DNA from: Oligoflexales bacterium
GTDB taxonomy: Bacteria > Bdellovibrionota_B > Oligoflexia > Oligoflexales > JAPPIL01
NCBI GenBank assembly: GCA_965215515.1
Contig: OZ244057.1
Location: 1,056,001 to 1,120,000 of the forward strand
Length of the DNA stretch: 64,000 nucleotides
Direction: 5' to 3'
The notes below the pieces were generated by a model. It did no database searches and had not been told where the DNA came from. It saw nothing but the letters and a program-made list of their open reading frames with translations. Numbering within the stretch: the stretch's first letter is position 1; the number at the start of each line of letters is the position of its first letter. This document shows, in pieces, positions 30,957 through 39,986 of the stretch. The position numbers and the translations under genes are program-made.

Positions 30957-33900
30957 GCGGTTGGCGTTATCTTCTCGTGTGTGTGCTTGTCGCACCGCGC
31001 ACGGCGTTGTTTGCGGGCACGCTGGGCAGCTTCGATGGAGCACGTAATCTGCCTGGCTATATTGAATTGCAGCGTCGCAACGATGCGGTCTACAAGCTGG
31101 TAGTTACCCCAGGCCATGATTCCGATGGTGTTGAGCGGCGCACGGCCTCGCGTATTTTGCACGAGGACTATCTGCGGGACGATGGTACGATCGACGCAGA
31201 GGCGATCGCGGCCAAAATTCTGTTTATCAAGCGGCATGAAAACATCGCTTTTCTTACCTACTGTGCTGACAGGTTGCCGACCCACGCTACGCATGTGCAG
31301 TGGTGCCAGCATCGTGCCGAGGAAAAAATTTTGTCGAAGTGGCGGAAGAAAAAACTGGCGCGCGCTTATCGCTTTGCCCGCGCGGAATTACAGCGTGCAC
31401 AAGCACTCGCCGCGGTGGTGAATGCCAGCAATATAAATCACCCGCGCAGTCAGGCTTTTCTGGAACATCTGTTCCAGGGGCTAGAAACGTTTGCCAGCAT
31501 CAACGAACAAGACCCTGGCAACGCCGACTTACTCAACATTGTGCGCCACACGCCGCACTATATGAGCCGCATGCGTATCGGCAACCCCGACGAGGCTGCC
31601 AATCTTCTTATTCCTGCTACTTTGCAGGAAAAGTATCCCCAGCTGCGTCGGCAAGTTTTCTTCGCTCCTCGGCAACTGCGGGAATATGCGGAGCGGGGTG
31701 AAATCGACATCGCCGCACTCGATCCGCCCGATTCGGGTTTTTGGCGTAAACCGCATGCGGTGCGGAGTTTCGACACTAGCGATTACAATGGGATGACGGG
31801 GTTTCCGCCTGCTGTCACCGATTCGCAACGGGAGATTGCCGTTACTCTCGACTGGGATGGTAAGTCCACGGGTTTGACCCCTAAGATGCGGGTGCGTTAC
31901 GGGGGGTGGCAGTGGAAGATGAAGTATTTGAGCACGGCGGCTAGGTTGCAGCACGCTGCTAACCCGATCGATTTGGTGGCTTATTGGAAACAGGCTGCTT
32001 CCGAAGTCAACACCGAGACGGTAGTCAATAACCTTGCTGCCGCGCTCGGTTTTACTGTCGATCCGACTTTTTTTAAAGCGCGTGTGCGGCTTTATCTGCC
32101 GCTCGCTGATCCCCGTGATGCGGTGGAGTTTGAGCGGCAGCGTCAGCGTTTGTTGCACGTGCAGCGGCGGTGGGCGAATCGTCCGCAGCGGGCGCTGGCA
32201 GATGTCCAGCGTGACGCAAAAGGGCATTGGTACATTCGCCTGCGCTCGGTATCGCTGGAGCGGCGCGGGCATCCTGATCACGATCTCAGCGTGGGTAGTT
32301 TTGTCAAGGGGGCTTTCAGTCGTCCGTTGAAACGGGAGTTCCGTGCTTTTGCTCTGTTCTCGGCCTGGGTCGCGGATACCGACACCAAGGATGACAACGC
32401 CAATCTCGTGTTAGTCGGCAATCGTCAGCAGGGTTACCAGGTTACCTTTAGTGCTGCTGACATGGGCGCTTCGCTGGGTGGTCTTTTCGGCAAAGATGCG
32501 CCGAATTTCTTCGCACGCGATCTCGTCGAACGTGTTCGTCGCAAGCCCGACGGCACGATTTACGAAGTTGTGCTCAACTACCGCAACACTGCGGGCAATC
32601 GTGCCCACGATGTGATCAGTATCAACGATGCCAAGTGGATGACGCGGCTCATCGCGCAGTTATCGCCCGCGCAGATCACGCGAGCCTTGCGGGCAGCGGG
32701 CTACTCGCCGTTATTGTGCGAATACTTCACTCAGATTATGCTGCGTCGCCGCGACCAGTTGCTCGCTACCTTCTTTGGTGCGCAGGAGCAGACGAATGTC
32801 GATGCGGCGGGTAATCGTTTTGTGCTGCGCCCTGAAAGCAAGATGGTCGATCCCGACAACTATGCTGTGGCGGGCTACGAGCAGTTTTTTCGGCGCGGTT
32901 ATCTGCATGATCCGCAGGGGCTGGTATCGGACAACCCCAGTGATTTTGTGCGTCGCTATTACGATCGTGATCTCAAACATGCTACCCGCGGCACGTTACA
33001 GCATGCCTTAGGGGAGACGCTTCGTGCGCAGGGGAAGATTGCTGCCTTAGCTTTGTGGAGTAAAAGTTTACAGAAGTTACCTGTCACCAATCGCACTTTC
33101 GGCTTGCCTTTGCTCGACGGTGATTTTTGTCGACGGGCGTGTTTTTACGATGGTTTGCGGGTTGGCATTACTGATTTTATTCCGCACCGTGTCGTACTCA
33201 AAAACCCTTTGGATGATGGAGATAGTCCGTGGTTAGTGGCAGATGTCTATCGCTTCGGTTTTTTGCTTGGCGCTGACATCGGGGATGATTTTCCTGCCCG
33301 TTTCGGTATCGCGGTCGAACTTGCTGACAACCTGCCACAGGCACGGTATCAGCGTGTTTATGAACTTATCAAGGTCAGGCCTATTGCTGATTATGCTGAT
33401 AGTGTCAAAAACTTACACGAGCTTATGCCTCCACAAATTTTGCATCATCGCCGTATCGATGCTCAGATGATCGATAACTTGCGGGTGGGTGAGGCACTTA
33501 TTGTCAGCACCTATCTCAGTCGGGTGTTAGAACTGCGGGTGGGCAGTTTTGATATCTTCTCGCGTCCGTTGTTGAGGACAGGTTTTGATCTCGATCGTGT
33601 CACGGTGAGTCGGAAAGCGGTATTCAGAAAAGACGACGGCGGTTATCTGTTGCAGTTTGCGGATTTGCGGGCGACCAAGTTCGCTTTGGGGGTAGAGGGA
33701 GAATTTTTGCTGCAAGATTTTCCCGTGGCGCGTATGGAGATAGAAAAGTTATCTAAAACGGATTTACTCTATGAATTTACTGCCCCGCAACGTGCGCTTG
33801 TCGAGGAGAATGTCGGCAGAGTTTCACCTTCCGACAGCATTGCGGGGATGGCTATTGTGCGGCGTGTGATGGCAAACAGCAAGACTAAATTCGGACAGCT

Positions 33901-34846
33901 GTTGTCCTTGGCGAAGCTTTTTTTCAACGAGATGGATGTTTCTAGCATCATCGTTACTGATCGTGCTCAGCGTCGTGAGTTGCACGTGGCGACGGTGAGC
34001 GATAGACGTAGTGACCGCGCGATTGTGCCATTGCTGAAGTCTGCTCGCAAGACGCTGAGGAGTTTCATCGCTGCTGACGAGCGGGTGTATGTCAAGCTCG
34101 ACATGCACTACGATAGTTTTCTTACTAAACGCGCACAGTTTGCTTGGGTCTATCACAACATGTTGCCGTTATTGGGCAAGCAGTTCATTCTTTTTACGCC
34201 TGCTGAGGTACGGTATTATCTCGATGTCTTTGCTTTTCGGGGCGAGGTCTATGTGTTGCCTGAGGGGGTGCGCAGTGTTATGGCATGGCATGATCTGTCT
34301 CGTCAGGATTTTTGTGTGCGTTATGCCCGTGCGGCGGGCAAAAACCATCCGCACCGCTGGTGTCGCAGGCTGTATGACGGCGGGCTGGGGATCAGCAGCG
34401 GACGTGGGCGGATCGTGATGACGGAAGAGCGGCGTTTCCGCAATTTTCGTGCCCGTTATCTCAAGACGGTGCGGGTGTGGCAACAGCCGCTGACGGCGGA
34501 AAACAGCAGTGCACAGCGGTGTGCGAGAGCGCAGGCCGTTGCTGAGTTGTTCGCGGCGGGTAACTTTCAGCCTGCGGTCTGGCAGATGTTACAGGCGATG
34601 GCGGGGGAGGAGAACATCTATCGTGATGCGGTGCTCACCTCTCGCACGGGCGCTTTCCCTGCCCAGAGCAAGAGACTGCGGATGCCCGCTTCGCTGCGTG
34701 GCGGCGCGGCGGCGACGACACCGCAGGTTTTTGCCGATCTCGTGACGGCGGTCACCATCGTCAGCGACCCGCTGTTCGGCGAGTTACGGAGGGCTTTTTA
34801 TGCCCCGCGAGGCGACGACATCGTGCCCACGTTAGTCGGTTACTAG
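30953..34846 (+). CDS. Large exported hypothetical protein with an atypical kinase-like core
   Basis: 1297-aa ORF with an N-terminal signal. Motif order GLTPK...WKMK, ETVVNNLAAALGF, D.DTKDDN, DMGASLG. Confidence 0.8.
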   Translation: MSGWRYLLVCVLVAPRTALFAGTLGSFDGARNLPGYIELQRRNDAVYKLVVTPGHDSDGVERRTASRILHEDYLRDDGTIDAEAIAAKILFIKRHENIAFLTYCADRLPTHATHVQWCQHRAEEKILSKWRKKKLARAYRFARAELQRAQALAAVVNASNINHPRSQAFLEHLFQGLETFASINEQDPGNADLLNIVRHTPHYMSRMRIGNPDEAANLLIPATLQEKYPQLRRQVFFAPRQLREYAERGEIDIAALDPPDSGFWRKPHAVRSFDTSDYNGMTGFPPAVTDSQREIAVTLDWDGKSTGLTPKMRVRYGGWQWKMKYLSTAARLQHAANPIDLVAYWKQAASEVNTETVVNNLAAALGFTVDPTFFKARVRLYLPLADPRDAVEFERQRQRLLHVQRRWANRPQRALADVQRDAKGHWYIRLRSVSLERRGHPDHDLSVGSFVKGAFSRPLKREFRAFALFSAWVADTDTKDDNANLVLVGNRQQGYQVTFSAADMGASLGGLFGKDAPNFFARDLVERVRRKPDGTIYEVVLNYRNTAGNRAHDVISINDAKWMTRLIAQLSPAQITRALRAAGYSPLLCEYFTQIMLRRRDQLLATFFGAQEQTNVDAAGNRFVLRPESKMVDPDNYAVAGYEQFFRRGYLHDPQGLVSDNPSDFVRRYYDRDLKHATRGTLQHALGETLRAQGKIAALALWSKSLQKLPVTNRTFGLPLLDGDFCRRACFYDGLRVGITDFIPHRVVLKNPLDDGDSPWLVADVYRFGFLLGADIGDDFPARFGIAVELADNLPQARYQRVYELIKVRPIADYADSVKNLHELMPPQILHHRRIDAQMIDNLRVGEALIVSTYLSRVLELRVGSFDIFSRPLLRTGFDLDRVTVSRKAVFRKDDGGYLLQFADLRATKFALGVEGEFLLQDFPVARMEIEKLSKTDLLYEFTAPQRALVEENVGRVSPSDSIAGMAIVRRVMANSKTKFGQLLSLAKLFFNEMDVSSIIVTDRAQRRELHVATVSDRRSDRAIVPLLKSARKTLRSFIAADERVYVKLDMHYDSFLTKRAQFAWVYHNMLPLLGKQFILFTPAEVRYYLDVFAFRGEVYVLPEGVRSVMAWHDLSRQDFCVRYARAAGKNHPHRWCRRLYDGGLGISSGRGRIVMTEERRFRNFRARYLKTVRVWQQPLTAENSSAQRCARAQAVAELFAAGNFQPAVWQMLQAMAGEENIYRDAVLTSRTGAFPAQSKRLRMPASLRGGAAATTPQVFADLVTAVTIVSDPLFGELRRAFYAPRGDDIVPTLVGY

Positions 34847-34938
34847 CCTGCTCGCGGTATCCTGTTCTATCTCTCAACAGCTTTTCGCAGCAGAACACCA
34901 GCTTTGAAGACGGGCGTTCTACGCGCGGGGATTTTTAT
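34427..34938. repeat. Left copy of a long direct repeat (3' end of the 1297-aa gene through the 3' end of HU)
   Basis: Begins gagcggcgtttccgc and ends acgcgcggggatttttat. Both termini recur at 35085 and 35508. Confidence 0.9.
34867..34938 (-). pseudogene. Duplicated 3' fragment of the HU gene
   Basis: Matches 35437-35508 with two substitutions. Confidence 0.85.
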
Positions 34939-35084
34939 CCTGAGTCCCGCGGGTAAATTAGCATTGTTGCCTAAGTCGGTGTGTTTTCAGGCACTACAAA
35001 AAGGGAAGATAGACAAAACACCGCAAAATCAGGCCTTCCGTCGCTCAAAAAATTAAATTAAGCGCCCTACCCGCGGAACTCAGG
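34939..35084. mobile_element. 146-bp MITE with 17-bp terminal inverted repeats (possibly IS1634-family derived)
   Basis: Left end cctgagtcccgcgggta, right end tacccgcggaactcagg (16/17 inverted match). AT-rich non-coding interior. Confidence 0.85.
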
Positions 35085-35360
35085 GAGCGGCGTTTCCGCA
35101 ATTTTCGTGCCCGTTATCTCAAGACGGTGCGGGTGTGGCAACAGCCGCTGACGGCGGAAAACAGCAGTGCACAGCGGCGTGCGAGAGCGCAGGCCGTTGC
35201 TGAGTTGTTCGCGGCGGGTAACTTTCAGCCTGCGGTCTGGCAGATGTTACAGGCGATGGCGGGGGAGGAGAACATCTATCGTGATGCGGTGCTCACCTCT
35301 CGCACGGGCGCTTTCCCTGCCCAGAGCAAGAGACTGCGGATGCCCGCTTCGCGGCGCGGC
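35085..35360 (+). pseudogene. Duplicated fragment of the 1297-aa gene C-terminus
   Basis: Encodes ERRFRNF...KRLRMPAS, the same as the parent except C>R, and has no own 5' end. Confidence 0.85.
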
Positions 35361-35508
35361 CTGCTTGCCGCCTCCTCTCTTCGTCTCTACATCGGGCGGC
35401 ACCTCGGCATTGCTCTTCGCCCGCGGTAATCATGTCCTATCTCTCAACAGCTTTTCGCAGCAGAGCACCAGCTTTGAAGACGGGCGCTCTACGCGCGGGG
35501 ATTTTTAT
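35085..35508. repeat. Right copy of the long direct repeat, internally rearranged
   Basis: About 268 bp are near-identical to 34427-34694 (one substitution). Then an 8-bp deletion and a ~60-bp foreign segment replace the middle, and the HU 3' end follows. Confidence 0.9.
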
Positions 35509-35712
35509 TTCCGCTCCTGTCTGGGGATTGCGTCCGCTGCGTGCCTTACGTCTAGCGACACTGAAAGTGCCGAAACCTACCAGCCGCACTCCGTCCTTCT
35601 TTTTCATGTTTTTGCTGACCACATCGATGAATGACGAGACAAAACCTTCTACGGTATTCTTGCTTTGCCCTGTCATGTCGGCGATTTCTTCCACCAGTTC
35701 CTTACGGTTCAT
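35437..35712 (-). CDS. hup: HU DNA-binding protein
   Basis: MNRKELV, LVGFGTFSV..RKARSGRNPQTG.EIKIPA. Confidence 0.97.
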   Translation of the reverse strand: MNRKELVEEIADMTGQSKNTVEGFVSSFIDVVSKNMKKKDGVRLVGFGTFSVARRKARSGRNPQTGAEIKIPARRAPVFKAGALLRKAVER

Positions 35713-35800
35713 GCCGATACCTCTGCTGCATGGTTACTCAACGTTTACATCATACCACAACCGTTGCGTTGCGCCACAAGACGAATTTCGCAGAAACGAG

Positions 35801-35835
35801 AAAAAAGCCGCGTGGCGCAGCGCCTCACGGCTTTT
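35801..35835 (-). terminator. Rho-independent terminator of the 35874-36338 gene
   Basis: Minus strand aaaagccg...cggctttttt hairpin plus U-tract. Confidence 0.7.
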
Positions 35836-35873
35836 CTAGATGAAGGAGAGTCGGGTCTACCGATCGAGCTTCC

Positions 35874-36338
35874 TCAACTGGCTTGTTTCTCAGCAGCTTC
35901 TTTTGTTTTTTCTGCACCTTTTTTGAAGGTTTGCTTGATCTTGGCGATCAGCTTACCGATCGTTCCGCTGTAGACGGTGAAGAAACGGCCACTCTTGGCG
36001 CTTTCGATCTTCTCGTTGATCTTGGCGATCTTCTCGTCGATCTTGGCTGTATCCGCACCCTCGGTAGCTTTAGCCGCCTTCAAGTCTTGTAGCTTATCGA
36101 TGTCTTTTTGGAGCATCTTTTTGACTCCATCTTCACTCATGAAGTGTTTACGGCATGCACGCTTAGCACCAGGCACAACCGTGCAGAGGGTAACGACCAC
36201 GATCGCGGCACCGACAACGTACTTCGTCGTCGAGCTACCTTCGCCTTCCGATTGCGAGCCTAACGACTCGCCCTGAGGGGCAGTACCACACGCGCCTACC
36301 AGCATCGTTGCCAACAGTAAAGAGAGCATCCTTTTCAT
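35874..36338 (-). CDS. Small Lys-rich lipoprotein with an internal hydrophobic helix
   Basis: MKRMLSLLLATMLVGAC lipobox, AAAGGA RBS, own promoter and terminator. Confidence 0.8.
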   Translation of the reverse strand: MKRMLSLLLATMLVGACGTAPQGESLGSQSEGEGSSTTKYVVGAAIVVVTLCTVVPGAKRACRKHFMSEDGVKKMLQKDIDKLQDLKAAKATEGADTAKIDEKIAKINEKIESAKSGRFFTVYSGTIGKLIAKIKQTFKKGAEKTKEAAEKQAS

Positions 36339-36384
36339 AACTAAATCCTTTCTTGCATTATAGAAAACGAACACGACTTCCGTG

Positions 36385-36413
36385 CTTGTATACCGAACAA
36401 GTCATCTTGTCAA
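36385..36413 (-). promoter_or_regulatory. Putative sigma70 promoter for the small lipoprotein
   Basis: Minus strand TTGACA followed 15-17 nt later by TATACA/TACAAG. Confidence 0.45.
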
Positions 36414-36467
36414 CACTTTGTTAAAGATATTAAATCCTTCAATAATATTAACAAAATGAGCGCGGCG

Positions 36468-36616
36468 GCACGCAGGTGGAGGAGTCCTACAACGGCGGCG
36501 GCTCACCCGCACGGTAACGAAGGACGGAACGACGACCCCTCCCATGATGACTCCCTTCGCCAACACCAGCAACCAACCTGCCCTTGCCGCAGCGAGGGCG
36601 GGACTCTTCTACGCAC
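36468..36616 (-). ncRNA. Candidate structured ncRNA (irregular rod with a side hairpin; class unassigned)
   Basis: Four nested complementary blocks that pair fully only on the minus strand, using G-U pairs. Confidence 0.4.
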
Positions 36617-36710
36617 GAAAGGCGAGTATGTAAAGGCAAAAATTACTTTTTGATGTGCACCCTTGCATTTTTTTCACCTCCCACATATACGGCAGCTGTC
36701 AGGGGGTGGA

Positions 36711-37400
36711 GTGCGATCTTTTCCTTATGCGGTCGATGCTGTTGTCGTGGCGGGTGCGGGCGGTGCTTTGGGGCAGGCTGTCGTGCGGTACCTTTTGGAT
36801 GCGGGGCGGCGGGTGCATGCGGTTTATCGACGGCACGTATCTGTGCCCTCCCATCCTCGTCTCACCACCCATACCTGTGACTTAGGGGATGGGAAGGCGG
36901 TGCAGGAGTTGTTTGCTCATCTCGCCGCACGGCATGCGGATGTTGCCGCGGTGGTGAATGCTGCGGGTGGTTTCGTGGGGGCGAAGACCGCCGCCTGTGC
37001 GGACGAGGATCTCGATTTTTTGCTCACTGCCAATTACAAGAGTGCGTTTTTTCTGACAAAATACGCGTTGCCACACCTGTGTGCGCAACGCGCAGGGCGT
37101 ATCGTGCTCATCTCGGCTGCGGCGACGTGGCGCGGTGGCGAGATCGGGATGGGTGCTTATCTCGCCAGCAAAGCCGCTCTCAACGCATTGCTGGCGAGCA
37201 CGGCGCTTGAGTTACGGGGCAGCAGGGTGACTATCAACGCTGTCGCTCCGACCATCATCGACACCCCCAGCAACCGCCGCGCGCTGCCGCAGGCGGACAC
37301 CTCTACCTGGGTGAGCACGACAGCGCTCAACAGGGTTATCTCCCTGCTGCTATCCGAGCAGGGAGGAGACATCAACGGCGCGCTCATCCCCGTGCTGTAG
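36711..37400 (+). CDS. Short-chain dehydrogenase/reductase
   Basis: GAGGALG, NAAGG, YLASK and NAVAPTIIDT. Confidence 0.92.
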   Translation: MRSFPYAVDAVVVAGAGGALGQAVVRYLLDAGRRVHAVYRRHVSVPSHPRLTTHTCDLGDGKAVQELFAHLAARHADVAAVVNAAGGFVGAKTAACADEDLDFLLTANYKSAFFLTKYALPHLCAQRAGRIVLISAAATWRGGEIGMGAYLASKAALNALLASTALELRGSRVTINAVAPTIIDTPSNRRALPQADTSTWVSTTALNRVISLLLSEQGGDINGALIPVL

Positions 37401-37455
37401 TAAAGCTGAAAGTAAATGGGCACGAGGGATATGTGACGGGAGGTTCACTCAACCG

Positions 37456-38514
37456 TCAATCGTCGTCGCTTTCCCCGCTCCGTGCGGTGTCTGCGTGTTT
37501 CTCCTGGTAGGAGGCCGCGAACTCGCCGATTTCGCCCCGCAAAGCGCTATCGAAGGCATCACGCAGTGTTGTGATACTCAGTTTGTCCTTGCGGCTAGTG
37601 ACGAACATGTCGGGAATGGACATCAGGAGAGGAATCTTGACATTCTGTGCGTAGTAATTGGCTTTAAACGATTCCGAACCGAACCATCCCCAGGCTTTGA
37701 GGTTGTTCCATCCCGCGATTGCCATGATGGTGTAGCCTGTGAGGCGGGGTAGGGCACGATTGAGCGACTGGATAAAATTCGGGTGGGTTTTATCAGCACC
37801 AGCCTGAAGAGTGCTCTTGATGCCAGCTAACACTTGCTTAGGGGACAGTCTGCCACCAAAAATTTTCTTGAGCACTTCTAGCACGTTCTTGCTGAGTCCC
37901 TTGATAATCCCTGAAAGGGTCATCTGGGTGACCATGAAGCCACCTACTACGGCGAGTGCGGTAAGCACGATACGATTACGGCGCTCGATCAACTTGCCCG
38001 CAATATCGACAGGAAACGCCCGTCGCACTTCCAACACTGGGATGAAGAGGCTCTCCAAGTCGGCTATGGTATAGTACTCACGATCGCCGAGATACTCGCA
38101 GGTATGGCTGGCAGAATCACAGTACTTGAAGTAGTAGCCTCGTGACAGTGCCAGCGGGTTCGCCGCACCCTTGACACTCCCCGAAATAGACGAGAGCAGG
38201 TCTTTTTGCTGAAGGTGCTTGTTGAGTGGGATGTAGCCTATCTTGAGATGGCGCGTGTCGTTATGTTGCCAGATGACACTCTCGCCCGTCGTGTTCATCG
38301 CCCAACGTAACCCGTAAAGACGGTGCGAGCAGTAGCGGCTGTTGCACACGATCCCCTGCAAATTAAAATCCAGGCCAGAGTACGCACCCATCGGCACAGC
38401 AGACCCCTGCGGGTGCGCGGGCGTGCTGGCCAACATTGTGCACGTAAGCACCACCCCCAGCCAAACCATCCCAGCCATCTTTATCACCTCCGTTAGCCTC
38501 TCGCCGCGCCGCAC
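37456..38514 (-). CDS. Exported hypothetical protein with Cys pairs and two hydrophobic segments
   Basis: Signal peptide, CNSRYC, YFKYC....TC..LG....Y, TM-like IVLTALAVVGGFMV. Confidence 0.7.
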   Translation of the reverse strand: MRRGERLTEVIKMAGMVWLGVVLTCTMLASTPAHPQGSAVPMGAYSGLDFNLQGIVCNSRYCSHRLYGLRWAMNTTGESVIWQHNDTRHLKIGYIPLNKHLQQKDLLSSISGSVKGAANPLALSRGYYFKYCDSASHTCEYLGDREYYTIADLESLFIPVLEVRRAFPVDIAGKLIERRNRIVLTALAVVGGFMVTQMTLSGIIKGLSKNVLEVLKKIFGGRLSPKQVLAGIKSTLQAGADKTHPNFIQSLNRALPRLTGYTIMAIAGWNNLKAWGWFGSESFKANYYAQNVKIPLLMSIPDMFVTSRKDKLSITTLRDAFDSALRGEIGEFAASYQEKHADTARSGESDDD

Positions 38515-38526
38515 CGTAGCACCACG

Positions 38527-38542
38527 TTGACAAGGATGTCAA
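38527..38542. promoter_or_regulatory. Palindrome TTGACA-AGGA-TGTCAA between divergent genes
   Basis: Perfect 6-bp-arm inverted repeat. TTGAC-N6-GTCAA also occurs at 21443-21458. Confidence 0.45.
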
Positions 38543-38597
38543 TTTTTATTACACGTTCGGCCGTGAGAGGGTTTTAATTTGTGTACAGAGGTAGAAG

Positions 38598-39944
38598 ATG
38601 AGAGTTAGTGGGTTGATGCTCCTCGTTGCATCGTTTGTGGGGGGTTGTGGAGTGAATGAGGCACGGACTAAATCGCTGACGGATATGAAATCGGTGCTGT
38701 TGTACCAGCATGTCGAAGCCGATCGTTTTCGGCTGCTCGCGTGCCCGTATGCAGTGGATCTGGACGTTGCCCGTGATTGCAGCAATGCGTTTTTCACTCC
38801 CGCGGGCGCTGAGTATTACTTCACGGGGATACCACAACAGCCTTGGGTGTTCGCTCCGTCGCAAGCGACGGTGAAGAGTATCCTGACCGTGCCTGTTGTC
38901 ATCGGCGGGGCTGTGTTGAGTTGGGTGGCACTGCGGAAGTTGCTCACCAAAATCAGGGTCGATACCGCTAAAAAAGAGCTCAGGGGCGGCAGATCGTCAG
39001 CGAAGAACAGCGACGACGCGACGCAGGCAGCGGGCAGGCAAGCGACAAAACGCACTGCCGAACTTACGGATAGATCCTATCGTGTGCTAGTTGAGGAAAT
39101 TGAGGAATCCATTACAGACTACCCCGAAAAATTTAGACGAAGCATGCAAGGAGTGAGACTGCGCAGACCGAGGAAACCCCTAACGGAGCACGAGGTTAAG
39201 ACGGTCGCCGACATAAATACGGATTTGGAACGGGAGAGAGCGTTCGTCGCCGAGCAGTTTGCCCTTGTCACCCAGGCGATGGAGGAATCCGAGCTTTACG
39301 AGACGCTTTTCGCGGGACAGCGGTGGTGGAAAAGACCGAAAGAACCCGCTAGCATTTTCAAAAAATTCGAGGAGATGTACGACAAAACGATTACCGAAAC
39401 GCTAGGCAGAGAAAATACTCTCATAGGAAAAGAGAGAGTGGTTGAATTCAGGCAAGCCGATGCATTCGTCGGAAAGATACGCCAGGTGAACGATAAGTTC
39501 CTTACCGAGGATGGCCAATTTATCGATAAGTTTACGCAGTTGGTGGCACGCCCCGATGTGCGCGACACGATACGTGCCAATCGCAGCAATTTCAGGAGAC
39601 AGGTGGCAGACACGATAGAAAGGGATGTGGAGGAGCGTTCCGCAACAATCGCCGCGCTGGCGGACGAATCAGCCCGTCGCGCGGGAAACGTGCGGGACTA
39701 TCTGCTCGCCGCACTCGGCGGTCTGCTGGCGGGCTCGTATTTGCCCGACAAAATTCCCCCCCTCGAAAAACATTTCTTCACCGCGCGGGAGTGGCAAAAG
39801 CTCTTTGCGCGCGATGACAACTTCAAGAAACCCATGCGTATCACCGACAGCTACACCGTCGTCAAAAAACTGACCCGCTACCTAAAGCGCAAAGGCGAAG
39901 AGGTTGTAATCAACGAGCAGGTTTTCTTCGGCCTGAAGAATTAG
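38598..39944 (+). CDS. Hypothetical lipoprotein (orphan family member)
   Basis: Lipobox VGGC, FRLLAC...CSNAF....G...YFT, two Gly-rich hydrophobic segments. Confidence 0.78.
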   Translation: MRVSGLMLLVASFVGGCGVNEARTKSLTDMKSVLLYQHVEADRFRLLACPYAVDLDVARDCSNAFFTPAGAEYYFTGIPQQPWVFAPSQATVKSILTVPVVIGGAVLSWVALRKLLTKIRVDTAKKELRGGRSSAKNSDDATQAAGRQATKRTAELTDRSYRVLVEEIEESITDYPEKFRRSMQGVRLRRPRKPLTEHEVKTVADINTDLERERAFVAEQFALVTQAMEESELYETLFAGQRWWKRPKEPASIFKKFEEMYDKTITETLGRENTLIGKERVVEFRQADAFVGKIRQVNDKFLTEDGQFIDKFTQLVARPDVRDTIRANRSNFRRQVADTIERDVEERSATIAALADESARRAGNVRDYLLAALGGLLAGSYLPDKIPPLEKHFFTAREWQKLFARDDNFKKPMRITDSYTVVKKLTRYLKRKGEEVVINEQVFFGLKN

Positions 39945-39986
39945 CCAGTTCCTCGGCAAGCCCCTAGGCTGCACACCATGTGCAGC

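Noticed and set aside
31529..32281. 250-aa minus-strand ORF (also 19828..20523 and 48413..49153)
   Set aside because: Antisense to confidently assigned genes, typical of GC-rich codon bias.
34427..35360. Diversity-generating retroelement VR/TR pair (near-identical repeat of a gene's 3' region)
   Set aside because: The only substitution in the aligned block is T/C rather than multiple adenine-specific changes, there is no reverse transcriptase in the window, and the repeat ends coincide with the MITE TIRs.
35127..35634. 100-aa and 155-aa ORFs as independent genes
   Set aside because: They derive from the duplicated fragment and the HU antisense strand.
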